63,322 bases of DNA from Thermoplasmata archaeon (lineage in GTDB: Archaea; Thermoplasmatota; Thermoplasmata; Lutacidiplasmatales; UBA184): positions 1-63,322 of the forward strand of contig DATJZK010000109.1 of the NCBI GenBank assembly GCA_035499145.1, written 5' to 3'. Both the position numbers and the translations under genes were made by a program. Shown one piece after another: positions 42,133 to 52,440 of the stretch. The notes under the pieces were generated by a model. The model saw only the letters and a list, made by a program, of their open reading frames with translations, made no database searches and had not been told where the DNA came from. Position 1 is the first letter of the stretch; each line of letters starts with the position of its first letter.

Positions 42133-42696
42133 ATGCGCCCGTCGGTGGAGCGGGCGGTCCGCGCCCTGGCCGCGGGCCGACTCGTCGTCTTTCCGACGGA
42201 CACCCTGCTGGGGCTCGGCGCCCGGGCCGACGACCGGGACGCGGTCGATCGCCTCGTCGCGCTGAAGCGGCGACCGGCCGGCCAGCCGCTGTCGGCCGCG
42301 GTCAGCTCGTTCGAGGAGCTCGAGGCGCTCGGGCGGTTCTCCGCGCCGGCCCGCCGCTTCGTCCGCCGCCACCTCCCCGGACCGTACACGGTGCTCGTCG
42401 CCCCGTCGCCCCTCGCGCGCCGCCGCCTCGCGGCCGCGGTTGGCGGCGGCCGCACGATCGGGCTCCGGCTCCCCGACCACCCGGTCGCGCGCGAGCTCGC
42501 CCGTCGGGCCGGGCCGATCGTCGCCACGTCCGCGAACCGCCACGGCGCGCCGCCGGCGCCGACCGCGCGGGCGGCGCAGCGGTCGCTGGGCTCCGAGGTC
42601 GCCGTCTACGTCCCCGACGGTCCGGCCCCGTCCGGCGTTCCGTCGGAGCTCGTCGACCTCACCGGTCGCGTCGCGCGACGCCGGAGCCGTTCGTGA
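42133..42696 (+). CDS. tsaC: YrdC-domain L-threonylcarbamoyladenylate synthase (short TsaC-type form)
   Basis: 187 aa. VVFPTDTLLGLGA, LKRRPAGQPLS, IVATSANRHG. No C-terminal Sua5 domain. Confidence 0.75.
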   Translation: MRPSVERAVRALAAGRLVVFPTDTLLGLGARADDRDAVDRLVALKRRPAGQPLSAAVSSFEELEALGRFSAPARRFVRRHLPGPYTVLVAPSPLARRRLAAAVGGGRTIGLRLPDHPVARELARRAGPIVATSANRHGAPPAPTARAAQRSLGSEVAVYVPDGPAPSGVPSELVDLTGRVARRRSRS

Positions 42697-43589
42697 GCGG
42701 ACCGAGCCGGTACCCGGCCGACCTCGACCGGTGGCGGGAGGCGGCCCGCATCGCCGCCGGGGCGCGGGAGCTCGGCCTCCGCCTGGCCGTCCCCGGGGCG
42801 CGGCGCCGCGACCTCGCGGAGGCGATCGAGGGGTACGTCCGGGAGCGCGGCGCCGAGCCGGCGTTCCCCGCGAACCTGTCGCGGAACACCGAGGCCGCGC
42901 ACTACACGCCCGACGCCGCCGACGACTCCCGGCTCGCAGCCGGAGACCTCCTGAAGGTCGACGTCGGCGCGCACATCGACGGGGCGGTTGCCGACACGGC
43001 GTCCACGGTCGAGGTCGGCGGCCCGGGCCGGAACGCGCACCTCGTTCGCGCCGTCCGGGAGGCGGTCGACGCCGGGGTCGCCGCGGTCCGGCCCGGCGGA
43101 CCGGTCGACGCCGTCAGCCGGGCGATCGCCCAGGCGATCCGCGCCCGCGGCCTGAAGCCGGTCGTCGACCTCACCGGCCACACGATCGAGCGGTACGTCC
43201 TGCACGCCGGAAAGTCGGTGCCGAACGTCCCCGGCGTCACGGACGCGGTGTTCGTCGAAGGCGAGATCGTCGCGATCGAGCCGTTCGCCACGAACGGAAT
43301 CGGCCACATCGACAACGGCCCGTTCGGCCACATCGTCCGGTTCCGGCGGCCCCCGCCGGCGGACGACCCGGTGCTCTCGCGGCTGTTCGAGCGGTTCCGC
43401 ACGCTCCCGTTCACCGCCCGATGGGCTCGCAACGCCGAGGAGCTCGCCGCGCTCGAGCGCGCGCGTCGTCAGCTCCAGACGTACCCGATGTTCGTCGAGC
43501 GGGGCGGGGGCCTTGTCGCCCAGGCCGAGCACACGATCCTCGTCGGGCCGGAGCGCGCCGAGGTACTGTCCGTCGCGCCGCCCACGTGA
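42693..43589 (+). CDS. map: Methionine aminopeptidase, type 2 (archaeal)
   Basis: 298 aa. GTG overlaps the upstream stop (GTGA). Motifs: AFPANLSRNTEAAHYTP, DLLKVDVGAHIDG, GHTIERY, AQAEHTILV. Confidence 0.9.
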   Translation: MSGPSRYPADLDRWREAARIAAGARELGLRLAVPGARRRDLAEAIEGYVRERGAEPAFPANLSRNTEAAHYTPDAADDSRLAAGDLLKVDVGAHIDGAVADTASTVEVGGPGRNAHLVRAVREAVDAGVAAVRPGGPVDAVSRAIAQAIRARGLKPVVDLTGHTIERYVLHAGKSVPNVPGVTDAVFVEGEIVAIEPFATNGIGHIDNGPFGHIVRFRRPPPADDPVLSRLFERFRTLPFTARWARNAEELAALERARRQLQTYPMFVERGGGLVAQAEHTILVGPERAEVLSVAPPT

Positions 43590-43655
43590 CCGAGCGTCGA
43601 CGCCGTTCCCGCGCTTCGGCGATCGCCGAACTTTCGGCGTGTTCTCGGCAAAATG

Positions 43656-43661
43656 TAAATA
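43656..43661 (+). promoter_or_regulatory. TATA box (TAAATA, context gtaaatacgacgg)
   Basis: 32 nt upstream of ATG 43688. Confidence 0.5.
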
Positions 43662-43687
43662 CGACGGTCCCCGGTTCCCCGCCGTTC

Positions 43688-45127
43688 ATGACGGAGAGCA
43701 CGGCGGCGCCCGAAGCGCCCCCGCGCGCCGGCCGCCGGAAGCCCCGCGCGCCGGCGTCCTCCGTCGACCGCCGACGCGAGGACGCGACCGACGCGCTCGG
43801 GCGTCGCGCGGTCGACCTGTCGCGGTTCTACGCCGGGAAGGTCGAGACCGTCCCGCGGGTGCCGGTCCGTTCCCTCGCGGACTTCGCCCTGTGGTACACC
43901 CCCGGCGTCGCCGAGGTCTCCCGGGCGATCCACCGCGACCCGGAGCTCGCGTTCGAGCTCACGGGACGGTGGAACACCGTCGCGATCGTCACCGACGGCT
44001 CGCGCGTGCTCGGGCTGGGCGACATCGGCCCGGCCGCGGCGCTGCCCGTGATGGAGGGGAAGGCGCTCCTGTTCAAGTTCCTGGGCGGGGTCGACGCGGT
44101 ACCGATCCCGATCCGGGTCGCCTCGCCCGACCAGCTGCTGTCGACGGTCGAGGCGATGGCGCCGGCGTTCGGGGGCATCAACCTCGAGGACATCGCCTCG
44201 CCGAAATGCTTCGGGATCCTCGAGGAGCTGACGAAGCGGCTCGACATCCCCGTCTGGCACGACGACCAGCTGGGGACGGCCGCCGCGACCGTCGCCGGTC
44301 TCCTGAACGCCCTCGCGCTCACCGACCGGACGGTCCGCGGGATCCGCACCGTCCTGTTCGGCGCCGGGGCGGCGAACCTCGCGACCGCGCGGCTCCTCCT
44401 CGCGCTCGGCCACGACCCGCGCACCCTCTCGCTGGTCGACCGGGACGGGATCCTCCACGCCGAGCGGGACGACGTCGACGAGCTGTCCGTGCGCAATCCG
44501 TGGAAGTATCGGCTCGCGCTCAAGACGAACGGCGGCGGCCGGACGGGCGACTTCGCCGCCGCGATCGACGGGGCGGACGTGCTGATCGCGGCCTCGACCC
44601 CGACCCCCGGATCGGTCCGGCCCGAGGCGGTCCGGGCGATGGCGCGCCATCCGATCGTCTTCGCCCTGGCGAACCCCGACCCGGAGATCTGGCCGGAGAC
44701 GGCCCGCGCCGCCGGTGCGGCGATCGTCGCCACCGGCCGCAGCGACTTCCCGAACCAGGTGAACAACTCCCTCGTCTTCCCGGCGGTCTTCCGCGGCGTC
44801 CTCGACGCGCGCGCCCGCTCCATCCCGGACGAGGTCGTCCTGGTCGCGGCCCGGGCGCTCGCCCGCGGGGCGGAGCGCCGGGGGCTCAGCGTCCACCACA
44901 TCCTCCCGACGATGGAGGAGCCCGAGGTGTTCCCCGAGGTCGCCGCCGCCGTCGGCGACGCGTCGGTCCGGCTCGGGATCGCGCGGCAGCGCCTGTCCCA
45001 CGACGAGTTCCTCGAGCGGGCCCAGCGGCGGATGGGCCGCTCGGCGAAGCTCGTGCGCGCGCTCGCCCGCGCCGGCCTCACGGCGCCGATGCCGCGGGGC
45101 GCGACCGGCGACCGGAGGGCGCCGTGA
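43688..45127 (+). CDS. NAD(P)-dependent malic enzyme (short MaeB-type)
   Basis: 479 aa from ATG 43688. Motifs: ALWYTPGVAEVSRAI, VTDGSRVLGLGDIG, PVMEGKALLFK, FGGINLEDI, FGAGAANLA, ALANPDPEI, NNSLVFP. The upstream 416 codons of the track ORF are shadow. Confidence 0.88.
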   Translation: MTESTAAPEAPPRAGRRKPRAPASSVDRRREDATDALGRRAVDLSRFYAGKVETVPRVPVRSLADFALWYTPGVAEVSRAIHRDPELAFELTGRWNTVAIVTDGSRVLGLGDIGPAAALPVMEGKALLFKFLGGVDAVPIPIRVASPDQLLSTVEAMAPAFGGINLEDIASPKCFGILEELTKRLDIPVWHDDQLGTAAATVAGLLNALALTDRTVRGIRTVLFGAGAANLATARLLLALGHDPRTLSLVDRDGILHAERDDVDELSVRNPWKYRLALKTNGGGRTGDFAAAIDGADVLIAASTPTPGSVRPEAVRAMARHPIVFALANPDPEIWPETARAAGAAIVATGRSDFPNQVNNSLVFPAVFRGVLDARARSIPDEVVLVAARALARGAERRGLSVHHILPTMEEPEVFPEVAAAVGDASVRLGIARQRLSHDEFLERAQRRMGRSAKLVRALARAGLTAPMPRGATGDRRAP

Positions 45128-45648
45128 CCGCCGACGAGCCGGCCGCCCCGGAAGGGGCGGTCTCGAAGGCCCCGATCCATCTGCGGCCGGCGAAGGAGAA
45201 GGACATCCCGACGATCGTCCCGCTCCTCCTCCGCCTGAAGCGCCTCAACGAGGAGTTCGACCCGCTGCTGAAGGTGCGGGACGACGCCGAGGCGCAGGCC
45301 CGCCAGGTCCTCGCCCAGCAGATCGCCGACCCGAAGGCGGTCGTCCTCGCCGCGGAAGGGATCGGCCCCGACATCGGGAAGGTCGTGGGGTTCGTCCGCG
45401 CGATCGTCCGCGAGCGTCCGTTCTACGCGCCGGAGCACGAGGGGGTCATCCTCGACATCTACCTGCTGCCGCTGTACCGGCGCCGAGGGGTCGGCGAGTA
45501 CCTGCTCGCCGAGACGTCGAGCGCGCTCAAGGCGAAGGGAGCCGCCGTCGTGACGGCCGAGTTCCCGGCGCAGAACGAGATCGCGTCCCGATTCTACGCC
45601 AAGCGGGGGTTCCGCCCCGTCACGTCGATCCACGCGCGGTCGCTGTAG
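45124..45648 (+). CDS. GNAT-family N-acetyltransferase
   Basis: GTG overlaps the malic-enzyme stop (GTGA). 174 aa. YLLPLYRRRGVGEYLL and RFYAKRGF. Confidence 0.75.
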   Translation: MTADEPAAPEGAVSKAPIHLRPAKEKDIPTIVPLLLRLKRLNEEFDPLLKVRDDAEAQARQVLAQQIADPKAVVLAAEGIGPDIGKVVGFVRAIVRERPFYAPEHEGVILDIYLLPLYRRRGVGEYLLAETSSALKAKGAAVVTAEFPAQNEIASRFYAKRGFRPVTSIHARSL

Positions 45649-46135
45649 CCGTCGACGCCTCCGCGGAGGCGATCTCGATCGTCGGCTCGCACCGGACCGG
45701 AAAGTTCACCGACCGGGCGACGAAGCACTTGGCGTGCGCCTCGGCATGGAGCGCCCGAGCGTGCGTCGGGTCGCCCCGCGCGATCCGGACGCGCGGCGAG
45801 AGGACGACCTCGGTGAACTGGCCGCCGCCGTCGTCGTCCTCCCGCAGGGTGCCGACCGGCGCGTCGGTGTAGGCAACGACCGTGACCCCGCCGACCGCCG
45901 CGAGGTGCAGGTACCAGAGCATGTGGCAGGCGGCGAGCGACGCGACGAGCAGCTCCTCCGGATCGTAGCGGTCCGCTTCTCCCCGGAACACCGGGGCGGA
46001 GGAGCCCGCGATCTCGGGCTTGCCGGGGGCGCGGATGGCGTGGCTTCGGCGGTAGCTGCGGTAGTCGGTCGTGCCAACGCCCGTGTTGCCGGTCCACTCG
46101 AGCTCGGCCGTGAACCGGTGCGACCGCGCGGGCAT
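45620..46135 (-). CDS. OsmC/Ohr-family peroxiredoxin-like protein
   Basis: Start moved to ATG 46135 (MPARSHRFTAELEW...). PEELLVASLAACHML and AHAKCFVARS are the two conserved Cys contexts. Confidence 0.8.
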   Translation of the reverse strand: MPARSHRFTAELEWTGNTGVGTTDYRSYRRSHAIRAPGKPEIAGSSAPVFRGEADRYDPEELLVASLAACHMLWYLHLAAVGGVTVVAYTDAPVGTLREDDDGGGQFTEVVLSPRVRIARGDPTHARALHAEAHAKCFVARSVNFPVRCEPTIEIASAEASTATATARGST

Positions 46136-46221
46136 GGGGGGAGGAGCGCAGGGCGCGCCGGGGGATAGCGCCGCGGGACCTGACAACCTCTTTCTTCCGG
46201 CCGGCCCGTCGACCCGGCCCG

Positions 46222-47127
46222 ATGGCGCCGCGAGCGAGCTCCCCGGCGAGCGTCCGACGGCGGGCGCACCTTCGGACCCAGTTCTCCGCGCCCGCGATGG
46301 TGCGCCGGGAGCGGGCCCGGCTCGTCGGATCGGCGGCAGCCGAGCTCCGGCGAACGCTCATCGCGCGGTTCCTCGACCGTACCCTGAGCACGGTCCGGGG
46401 TCCGATCCTCGAGGTCGGGCCGGGGACGGGGCGGTTCACCGAGGGGCTCGGGGCGCTCGGGCGGCCGCTCGTGCTGGTCGACCTCGCCCGACCGATGCTC
46501 CGCGCGTCCCGCCGGACGATCCGGCGCTGGAGCGGCGGATCGGCGACGCCGAACGCGTTCGTCCAGGCGGCCGCCGAACGCCTGCCGTTCGCGGCGGGCC
46601 GGTTCGGGGCGGTCGTCCTCGTCGGACTGTTCGGGTTCTTCGCCCGCGACGGGTCCGACGTGCTGCGGGAGGCGGCCCGCGTCCTTAGACCCGGCGGGCG
46701 GATCGTCGTGGAGACGCAGAGCGCGTCGCACGCGATCGGATCGATCCTCCCCGGGGCCCCCCGGGCCGCGACGCGGATCCTCCGCCGTCCGCGGCTCTAC
46801 CACCTCGACCGGATCCTCCGCCACGGCTACCAGCCGCTCGACCCCATCCATCTCGCCCACTGGGAGTACCGGTACTGGCGGCCCGGCGAGCTCGAGGCGG
46901 CGGTGCGGTCGGCCGGGTTGCGGACCGTCGACCGGATGTCGGTCGGTGCGGCGCTCGGCCTCCACGGGGAGGTGCTCCGCGCCCTCCGGCGCGACCCGGC
47001 CGCATGGCGAACCCTGATCGACTGCGAGGAGACGGTCGGCCGGTGGCCGGAGAGCTTCGGCGCCGGGGCGTCGTTCCTTCTCGCCGCCGAGCGGCCGGCG
47101 TCCCCGACCTCCCGGAGGCGTCGATGA
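46222..47127 (+). CDS. Class I SAM-dependent methyltransferase
   Basis: 301 aa. ILEVGPGTGRFTEGL and LRPGGRIVVE. Confidence 0.7.
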   Translation: MAPRASSPASVRRRAHLRTQFSAPAMVRRERARLVGSAAAELRRTLIARFLDRTLSTVRGPILEVGPGTGRFTEGLGALGRPLVLVDLARPMLRASRRTIRRWSGGSATPNAFVQAAAERLPFAAGRFGAVVLVGLFGFFARDGSDVLREAARVLRPGGRIVVETQSASHAIGSILPGAPRAATRILRRPRLYHLDRILRHGYQPLDPIHLAHWEYRYWRPGELEAAVRSAGLRTVDRMSVGAALGLHGEVLRALRRDPAAWRTLIDCEETVGRWPESFGAGASFLLAAERPASPTSRRRR

Positions 47128-47810
47128 AGGGGGTGCTGTTCGGCGCGACGGGCATGGTGGGCCAGGGGGTGCTTCGGGAGTGCCTTCGCGACCCCGGGGT
47201 ATCGGAGGTCCTCTCCATCGGACGGCGTTCGCTCGGCCGGAGCGATCCGAAGCTGCGCGACCTGATCCGACCGACGCTCGCCGACCTCTCCGGCGATGCG
47301 GAGGCGCTGCGCGGCTACGATGCGACGTTCTTCTGCCTCGGCGTGTCGTCGTTCGGGAGGACCGAGGCGGAGTACCGTCGGGTCACCTACGACCTCACGG
47401 TGGCGGCCGCCCGCACGATCGCCGCGGCGAGCCCGGGCTCGGCGTTCGTCTACGTCTCGGGGGCCGGCACGGATGCATCCGAGCACGGGCGCGCCGGGTG
47501 GGCGCGCGTGAAGGGGGCGACGGAGAACGCCGTCGCCCGGCTCCCGTTCCGGGCGGTCTACCGGTTCCGGCCGGGGATCATCCGCCCGCTCCACGGGATC
47601 CGGTCGAAGACGCGCGGCTACCGCATCGCCTACGCCGTCCTGCGGCCGCTCCTCTGGCTCGTCCGCCGCTTCTCCCCGAACGCGATGACGACGACGGAGG
47701 CGGTCGGGCGCGCGATGCTCCGGGCGGTGCGGGACGGCGGGCCGAGCGCGGTCGTCGACACGCGGGAGATCAACCGGCTCGGCGCCGCCGCCCCTCACCC
47801 CGCCCCGTAG
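47124..47810 (+). CDS. NAD(P)H-binding atypical SDR / NmrA-like epimerase family protein
   Basis: ATG overlaps the upstream stop (ATGA). 228 aa. N-terminal VLFGATGMVGQGVLRE Rossmann motif. Confidence 0.7.
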   Translation: MKGVLFGATGMVGQGVLRECLRDPGVSEVLSIGRRSLGRSDPKLRDLIRPTLADLSGDAEALRGYDATFFCLGVSSFGRTEAEYRRVTYDLTVAAARTIAAASPGSAFVYVSGAGTDASEHGRAGWARVKGATENAVARLPFRAVYRFRPGIIRPLHGIRSKTRGYRIAYAVLRPLLWLVRRFSPNAMTTTEAVGRAMLRAVRDGGPSAVVDTREINRLGAAAPHPAP

Positions 47811-47860
47811 CGGCCCTCGGCCGCCGCGAACGTTAAGCCGCGCCGCTCGCGTGGGCGCCC

Positions 47861-48820
47861 ATGCCGAAGGCTCCCCAGGCCCCGACCTCGGGCGCGGCCG
47901 CGTTCGTCCGACGCGGGAAGGTGAAAGAGGTCTACGAACTCTCCCCGACCGAGCTCGAGTTCCGCTTCACGAACGACATCAGCGTCTTCGACAAGCACAT
48001 CCCGAGCGAGATCCCGTTCAAGGGGGAGACGCTCGCGCGGACCGCCGCGCACTGGTTCGAGATGTGCTCGCGGCAGAACGTGCCGCACCACTTCCTCGGC
48101 CTGAGCGGCCCCACGTCGATGCGCGTGCGCCGGGTCCGCGTCGTCCCGCAGCCCCGGACGCTCGGCCCCCGCCCGACGAACTACCTGGTGCCGCTCGAGC
48201 TGATCGTCCGCTACTACCTCGCGGGCTCCCTCTGGGACCGCGTCAAGGCCGGCCACGTCGGGGCGCGGGAGCTCGGCTTCCCGGGCGACCGGGCGCTCGC
48301 CTACGGGATGCGGCTCCCCGAACCCAGGTTCGAGGTGACGACGAAGCTCGAGCCGGTGGACCGGCTGCTCGGCTTCCCCGAGGCGCTCGAGCTCGCGGTC
48401 CTCGACCGGGCGCAGCTCGACTCGATCCGCGAGACGATCCTGAAGGTCGACGCCGCGATGGAGAAGGAGATCGAGCCGCGGGGGCTGCTGCACGTCGACG
48501 GCAAGAAGGAGTTCGCGGTCGACGGCGACGGCGCGCTGATGGTCGTCGACACGTTCGGGACGGCGGACGAGGATCGGTTCTGGGACAAGGACGCCTACGC
48601 CCGGGGCCGGCAGGTCGACTTCTCGAAGGAGTTCGTCCGCCAGCACTACCGCCAGACCGGCTACTACGACAGCCTCCAGAAGGCGCGGGAGGCGCACGCC
48701 GCCGAGCCGCCGATCCCCCCGCTCCCCCCGCTCCTCGTCGACGAGGTCAGCCGGCTGTACACGACCGTCTACCAGCGCCTCACGGGCGAACCGTTCGCGG
48801 CGCGCGGGGCGCCGGCGTAG
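47861..48820 (+). CDS. purC: Phosphoribosylaminoimidazole-succinocarboxamide (SAICAR) synthase
   Basis: 319 aa. GKVKEVYE, FTNDISVFD, PLELIVRYYLAGS, HVDGKKEF. A weak gttaag element lies about 28 nt upstream. Confidence 0.88.
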   Translation: MPKAPQAPTSGAAAFVRRGKVKEVYELSPTELEFRFTNDISVFDKHIPSEIPFKGETLARTAAHWFEMCSRQNVPHHFLGLSGPTSMRVRRVRVVPQPRTLGPRPTNYLVPLELIVRYYLAGSLWDRVKAGHVGARELGFPGDRALAYGMRLPEPRFEVTTKLEPVDRLLGFPEALELAVLDRAQLDSIRETILKVDAAMEKEIEPRGLLHVDGKKEFAVDGDGALMVVDTFGTADEDRFWDKDAYARGRQVDFSKEFVRQHYRQTGYYDSLQKAREAHAAEPPIPPLPPLLVDEVSRLYTTVYQRLTGEPFAARGAPA

Positions 48821-48889
48821 GCGGCACCGTTCACCGTTTCGCGACCTCTCCCCGCACGCTTATCTCCCCCGGGCCCGGTTCCATCGACC

Positions 48890-49888
48890 GTGCCCGCCAA
48901 GACGACGCCGCGTAGCGCCGGGGGCTCCCCGACGGAGCCCGAGAGCCCCCCCAAGGTCGACCTCGAGGACCTGACCGGGGTCGGAGGGACGACCGCCGAG
49001 AAGCTCCGCGAGGCCGGCTACACCGACCTGATGGAGCTCGCGGTCGCGTCGCCCGGGGACGTCGCCGAGGCGGCGGAGATCGGCGTCGCGATCGCGCAGA
49101 AGATCATCGGCGAGGCGCGCCGCCGGGCCGACGTCGGAGGGTTCGAGAGCGGCACGACGCTGCTCGAGCGCCGGAAGAAGCTCGGCCGCGTCACCACGAA
49201 CTCGAAGGCGCTCGATGAACTGCTGGGCGGCGGTGTCGAGACGCAGGCGATCACCGAGTTCTCCGGCGAGTTCGGGACGGGGAAGACCCAGCTCGGCCAC
49301 CAGATCGCGGTCGACGTCCAGCTGCCGCCGGCGCAGGGGGGACTCTCCGGCGAGGTCGTCTACATCGACACCGAGAGCACGTTCCGGCCCGAGCGGATCG
49401 TCGACATGGCGAAAGGGGCCGGCCTCGACCCCGAGACCGCGCTCGGCCACATCCATGTCGCCCGGGCGTTCAACTCGAACCACCAGATGCTCCTCGTCCA
49501 GAAGGCGCAGGAGCTCGCGCGCGAGAAGCCGATCCGGCTCCTCGTGGTCGATTCGCTGACAGCGCACTTCCGCTCCGAGTACCTCGGTCGCGGCGAGCTC
49601 GCCCCCCGCCAGCAGATGCTCAACAAGCACCTCCACGAGCTCCTCCGCTTCTCCGACACGTACAACGCGTCGATCGTCGTCACCAACCAGGTGTCGTCCC
49701 GCCCTGACGTCCTGTTCGGCGACCCGACCCGGCCGATCGGCGGGAACATCGTCGCGCACGCGGCGACGTACCGCGTCTACCTCCGGAAGTCGAAGCCCCC
49801 GCGGCGGATCGCCCGCCTCATCGACTCGCCGAACCTCCCCGAGGGCGAGGCGGTCTTCTCGCTCACGACCGAGGGGATCCGCGACTAG
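48890..49888 (+). CDS. radA: DNA repair and recombination protein RadA
   Basis: 332 aa, GTG start. Hh[21 protein letters not shown]. Walker [26 protein letters not shown]. Walker [13 protein letters not shown]. Confidence 0.95.
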   Translation: MPAKTTPRSAGGSPTEPESPPKVDLEDLTGVGGTTAEKLREAGYTDLMELAVASPGDVAEAAEIGVAIAQKIIGEARRRADVGGFESGTTLLERRKKLGRVTTNSKALDELLGGGVETQAITEFSGEFGTGKTQLGHQIAVDVQLPPAQGGLSGEVVYIDTESTFRPERIVDMAKGAGLDPETALGHIHVARAFNSNHQMLLVQKAQELAREKPIRLLVVDSLTAHFRSEYLGRGELAPRQQMLNKHLHELLRFSDTYNASIVVTNQVSSRPDVLFGDPTRPIGGNIVAHAATYRVYLRKSKPPRRIARLIDSPNLPEGEAVFSLTTEGIRD

Positions 49889-50537
49889 GTCCGCCGACGC
49901 GCCGGAGCGCGGTCGCCTTCACGTACAGGTAGACCTCCCGGCCCGGCGCGAGCCCCAGGGCGCGGACGGTCTCGGCGGCGATCGACACCGCGATCGACGT
50001 CGCCCCGACCTTCACGACGAGCGTGCGACCGAACGGCTCGCCGCTGGGCCGGACAGCCCGGACGAGCGCCCGGACCACGTTCCGCGCGCTGGAGGCGAAC
50101 ACCCCCCGGGCGACCACGATCGCCTCGGGGTCGAGCACGACCCGCACCGGGGCGCCGTCCTCGGCGGGGAAGGCGACGACGAGCCGAAGGCCGCGGCCGA
50201 CGTCGACGGTCGGTGGCGGCCCCCGACGGTACCGCCCCCGAAGGACGTTCGCCGCGCCCTCCGGCCGGGGACGGCGGGGCGGCTCGAGGACGTCGAACCC
50301 CCCGTGCGCGATCCGGTCGCCGAGCGGCGTGAGCAGGGTCTGCCCGTGGCCGGGCCCCCCCCGCGCGGCGGCGACGACGGGCGCCCCGAACGCCCGCGAC
50401 AAGCGCCCGAGGTGGTAGACCGCCCGGTCGCGCGAGATGCCGAGCGCCCGCGCGGCCCGGACGACGCTCCCGGTCGAGCCGACCTCGCCGAGCAGCTCGA
50501 CGTCGAGCGAGCTCACGGACGGCGTCCGGGCCGTCAC
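49863..50537 (-). CDS. ModE-like regulator (HTH + TOBE/molybdopterin-binding domain)
   Basis: GTG at 50537 overlaps the ABC ATPase stop (GTGA). 224 aa. [28 protein letters not shown]-terminal TOBE-like [13 protein letters not shown]...LVVKVG...[10 protein letters not shown]. Confidence 0.7.
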   Translation of the reverse strand: MTARTPSVSSLDVELLGEVGSTGSVVRAARALGISRDRAVYHLGRLSRAFGAPVVAAARGGPGHGQTLLTPLGDRIAHGGFDVLEPPRRPRPEGAANVLRGRYRRGPPPTVDVGRGLRLVVAFPAEDGAPVRVVLDPEAIVVARGVFASSARNVVRALVRAVRPSGEPFGRTLVVKVGATSIAVSIAAETVRALGLAPGREVYLYVKATALRRVGGPSRGSPRS

Positions 50538-51574
50538 GCGCCCGCCTCCGGGACGGGGCCCCGGCCGCCGAGCGCGTGGATCTCCCGCGGGTCGAGGTCG
50601 TAGCGGAGCGAGCTCCCGACACCGGGGATCGGCGTCCCGGCGACCCGGTCGAGCCGCAGGACGATCGGGAGGCCGTCGGAGAGCGATTCGATCACGACCC
50701 CGCGGGGTGTCGGGCGGGCGCTGCGGACCCGCCCGGACCACCGGCCCGCGCCACCGCCCGGGCCGACGGTCGGGGCGGAGAACGCCACCCCCTCGGGCCC
50801 GGCGACGGAGCCCAGCCACGTCGCGAGCGACGAATCCCCGGCCCGCTCCAGGGCGTCCCGGTCGAAGACGTTCTCGAAGCCGACGAACCGCGCGGCGAAC
50901 GCGTCCGGCGGGCGATCGAGGAGGGTCGTGGCGTCGCTGGCGAACCGTACCGCCCCGTCCCGCAGGATCAGGAACCGGTCGGCGATCGAGAAGGCGAGGG
51001 CGGGGTCGTGGGTGACGACGATCACCGGCACGCGTTCCTCCTCCCGAAGCTCGTGCAGGACCTGGGAGAGCGCGTGGCGCGCCTCGACATCGAGCCCTTG
51101 CCACGGCTCGTCCCACAGGATCAGCTCCGGGTCGGCGGCGAGCGCCCGCGCGAGCGCGACGCGCTGCGCCTCCCCGCCGCTCAGCTGGGCGGGACGTCGT
51201 GCGGCGAGGGGGGTGAGCGAGAACCGTTCGAGGAGCGCCCGGGTTCGGGCGCGCGCGTCGTTCCGCTCGCGGATCTCGAGCGGATAGGCGACGTTCCTCG
51301 CCACGGAACGGTTCGGGAAGAGGCCGAGCCCCTGCGGGACGTATCCGAGGCCCCGGCGCTCGGGGGCCCAGTCGGTCACGTCGGTCGCCCCGCGCCGTAC
51401 CTGCCCTCGACGCGTCGGCAGGAAGCCGGCGATCGCGCGCAGCAGCGTCGTCTTGCCCGCGCCGGACCGGCCGAGCACCGCGACCGAGCGACCGGGCTCG
51501 ACCTCGAGGTCGACCGGGCCGAGGTGGAACCGGTCGACGTCCGCCTCCAGGGCCGCGAGCGACCAGCCGGTCAC
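50534..51574 (-). CDS. ABC transporter ATP-binding protein (molybdate/tungstate/sulfate type, with C-terminal TOBE-like domain)
   Basis: 346 aa, GTG overlapping the permease stop. Walker A GRSGAGKTTLL, signature LSGGEAQRVALARAL, Walker B ILWDEP. Confidence 0.85.
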   Translation of the reverse strand: MTGWSLAALEADVDRFHLGPVDLEVEPGRSVAVLGRSGAGKTTLLRAIAGFLPTRRGQVRRGATDVTDWAPERRGLGYVPQGLGLFPNRSVARNVAYPLEIRERNDARARTRALLERFSLTPLAARRPAQLSGGEAQRVALARALAADPELILWDEPWQGLDVEARHALSQVLHELREEERVPVIVVTHDPALAFSIADRFLILRDGAVRFASDATTLLDRPPDAFAARFVGFENVFDRDALERAGDSSLATWLGSVAGPEGVAFSAPTVGPGGGAGRWSGRVRSARPTPRGVVIESLSDGLPIVLRLDRVAGTPIPGVGSSLRYDLDPREIHALGGRGPVPEAGA

Positions 51575-52440
51575 GGCGCCAGCTCCCCCCGTCCCCACGG
51601 CAGGCGGCCGTACCGCTCGCCGAGCCGGACCGCGACGAACAGCGCGAAGGCGATCAGGAGGAACAGCGAGCTCACGGCCGCCGCGTCGGCGAGGTCCCCG
51701 ATCTGGAACAGGTTGTACACGAACACCGAGACGGTCGTCGTCACCGGCCCGGCGTAGAAGCCCCCGGGGTCGACCCAGGCGGCGAGGATCAGGATCCCCC
51801 CGATCTCGCTCACCGCGCGGGCCCAGGTGAGGAGAAGGCCGGCGACGATCCCCCGCAGGGCGGTCGGAAGGGTGACGGTGACGAAGGCGTCCGGCGCGTC
51901 GGCCCCGAGGGAGCGGGCGGCCTCGATCGTGCGCACGTCGACCGCGCGGAACGCGAGGTCGCTCGCGAGCACCGTGTACGGCGCGCTGACGAACACCATC
52001 ACGAGGACCACGCCGGCGATCGAGTAGTAGACGGGGAGGCCGATCGCCGTCGAGAACCGGTAGAGCGGCGTGCCCGGCACGAACAGGAGGAACAGGCCGA
52101 ACCCGACCAGCAGGTGGGGGACCACGACCGGGATGGCGACGAGCGACTCGACGATCGCGCGTCCCCGGAACGCCCGTCGCGCGAGGAGGTAGCCGAGCGG
52201 GATGCCGAGCGCCGCCGCGACGAGGACGCAGACGGCCGAGGCGTAGAAGGTGACGGAGATAGACGCCCAGACCGTCGGGTCGCGGAACGCCACGCCGAGG
52301 CGACCGGGCGCCTCGGCGAACAGGGCGGCGATCGGCAGGACGAACAGCGCGAGGAGCGAGCCGCCGAGGACCGCCTGGAGGATCAGCCATCCGCCGAGCC
52401 GGGTCGAGCGACGGTGCCCGGGCACGGCCGCTCCCGTCAT
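51571..52440 (-). CDS. ABC transporter permease (ModB/WtpB/CysT-like)
   Basis: 289 aa. ATG overlaps the upstream stop (ATGA). Multi-TM protein with the EAA-like loop IEAARSLGADAPDAFVTVTLP. Confidence 0.85.
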   Translation of the reverse strand: MTGAAVPGHRRSTRLGGWLILQAVLGGSLLALFVLPIAALFAEAPGRLGVAFRDPTVWASISVTFYASAVCVLVAAALGIPLGYLLARRAFRGRAIVESLVAIPVVVPHLLVGFGLFLLFVPGTPLYRFSTAIGLPVYYSIAGVVLVMVFVSAPYTVLASDLAFRAVDVRTIEAARSLGADAPDAFVTVTLPTALRGIVAGLLLTWARAVSEIGGILILAAWVDPGGFYAGPVTTTVSVFVYNLFQIGDLADAAAVSSLFLLIAFALFVAVRLGERYGRLPWGRGELAP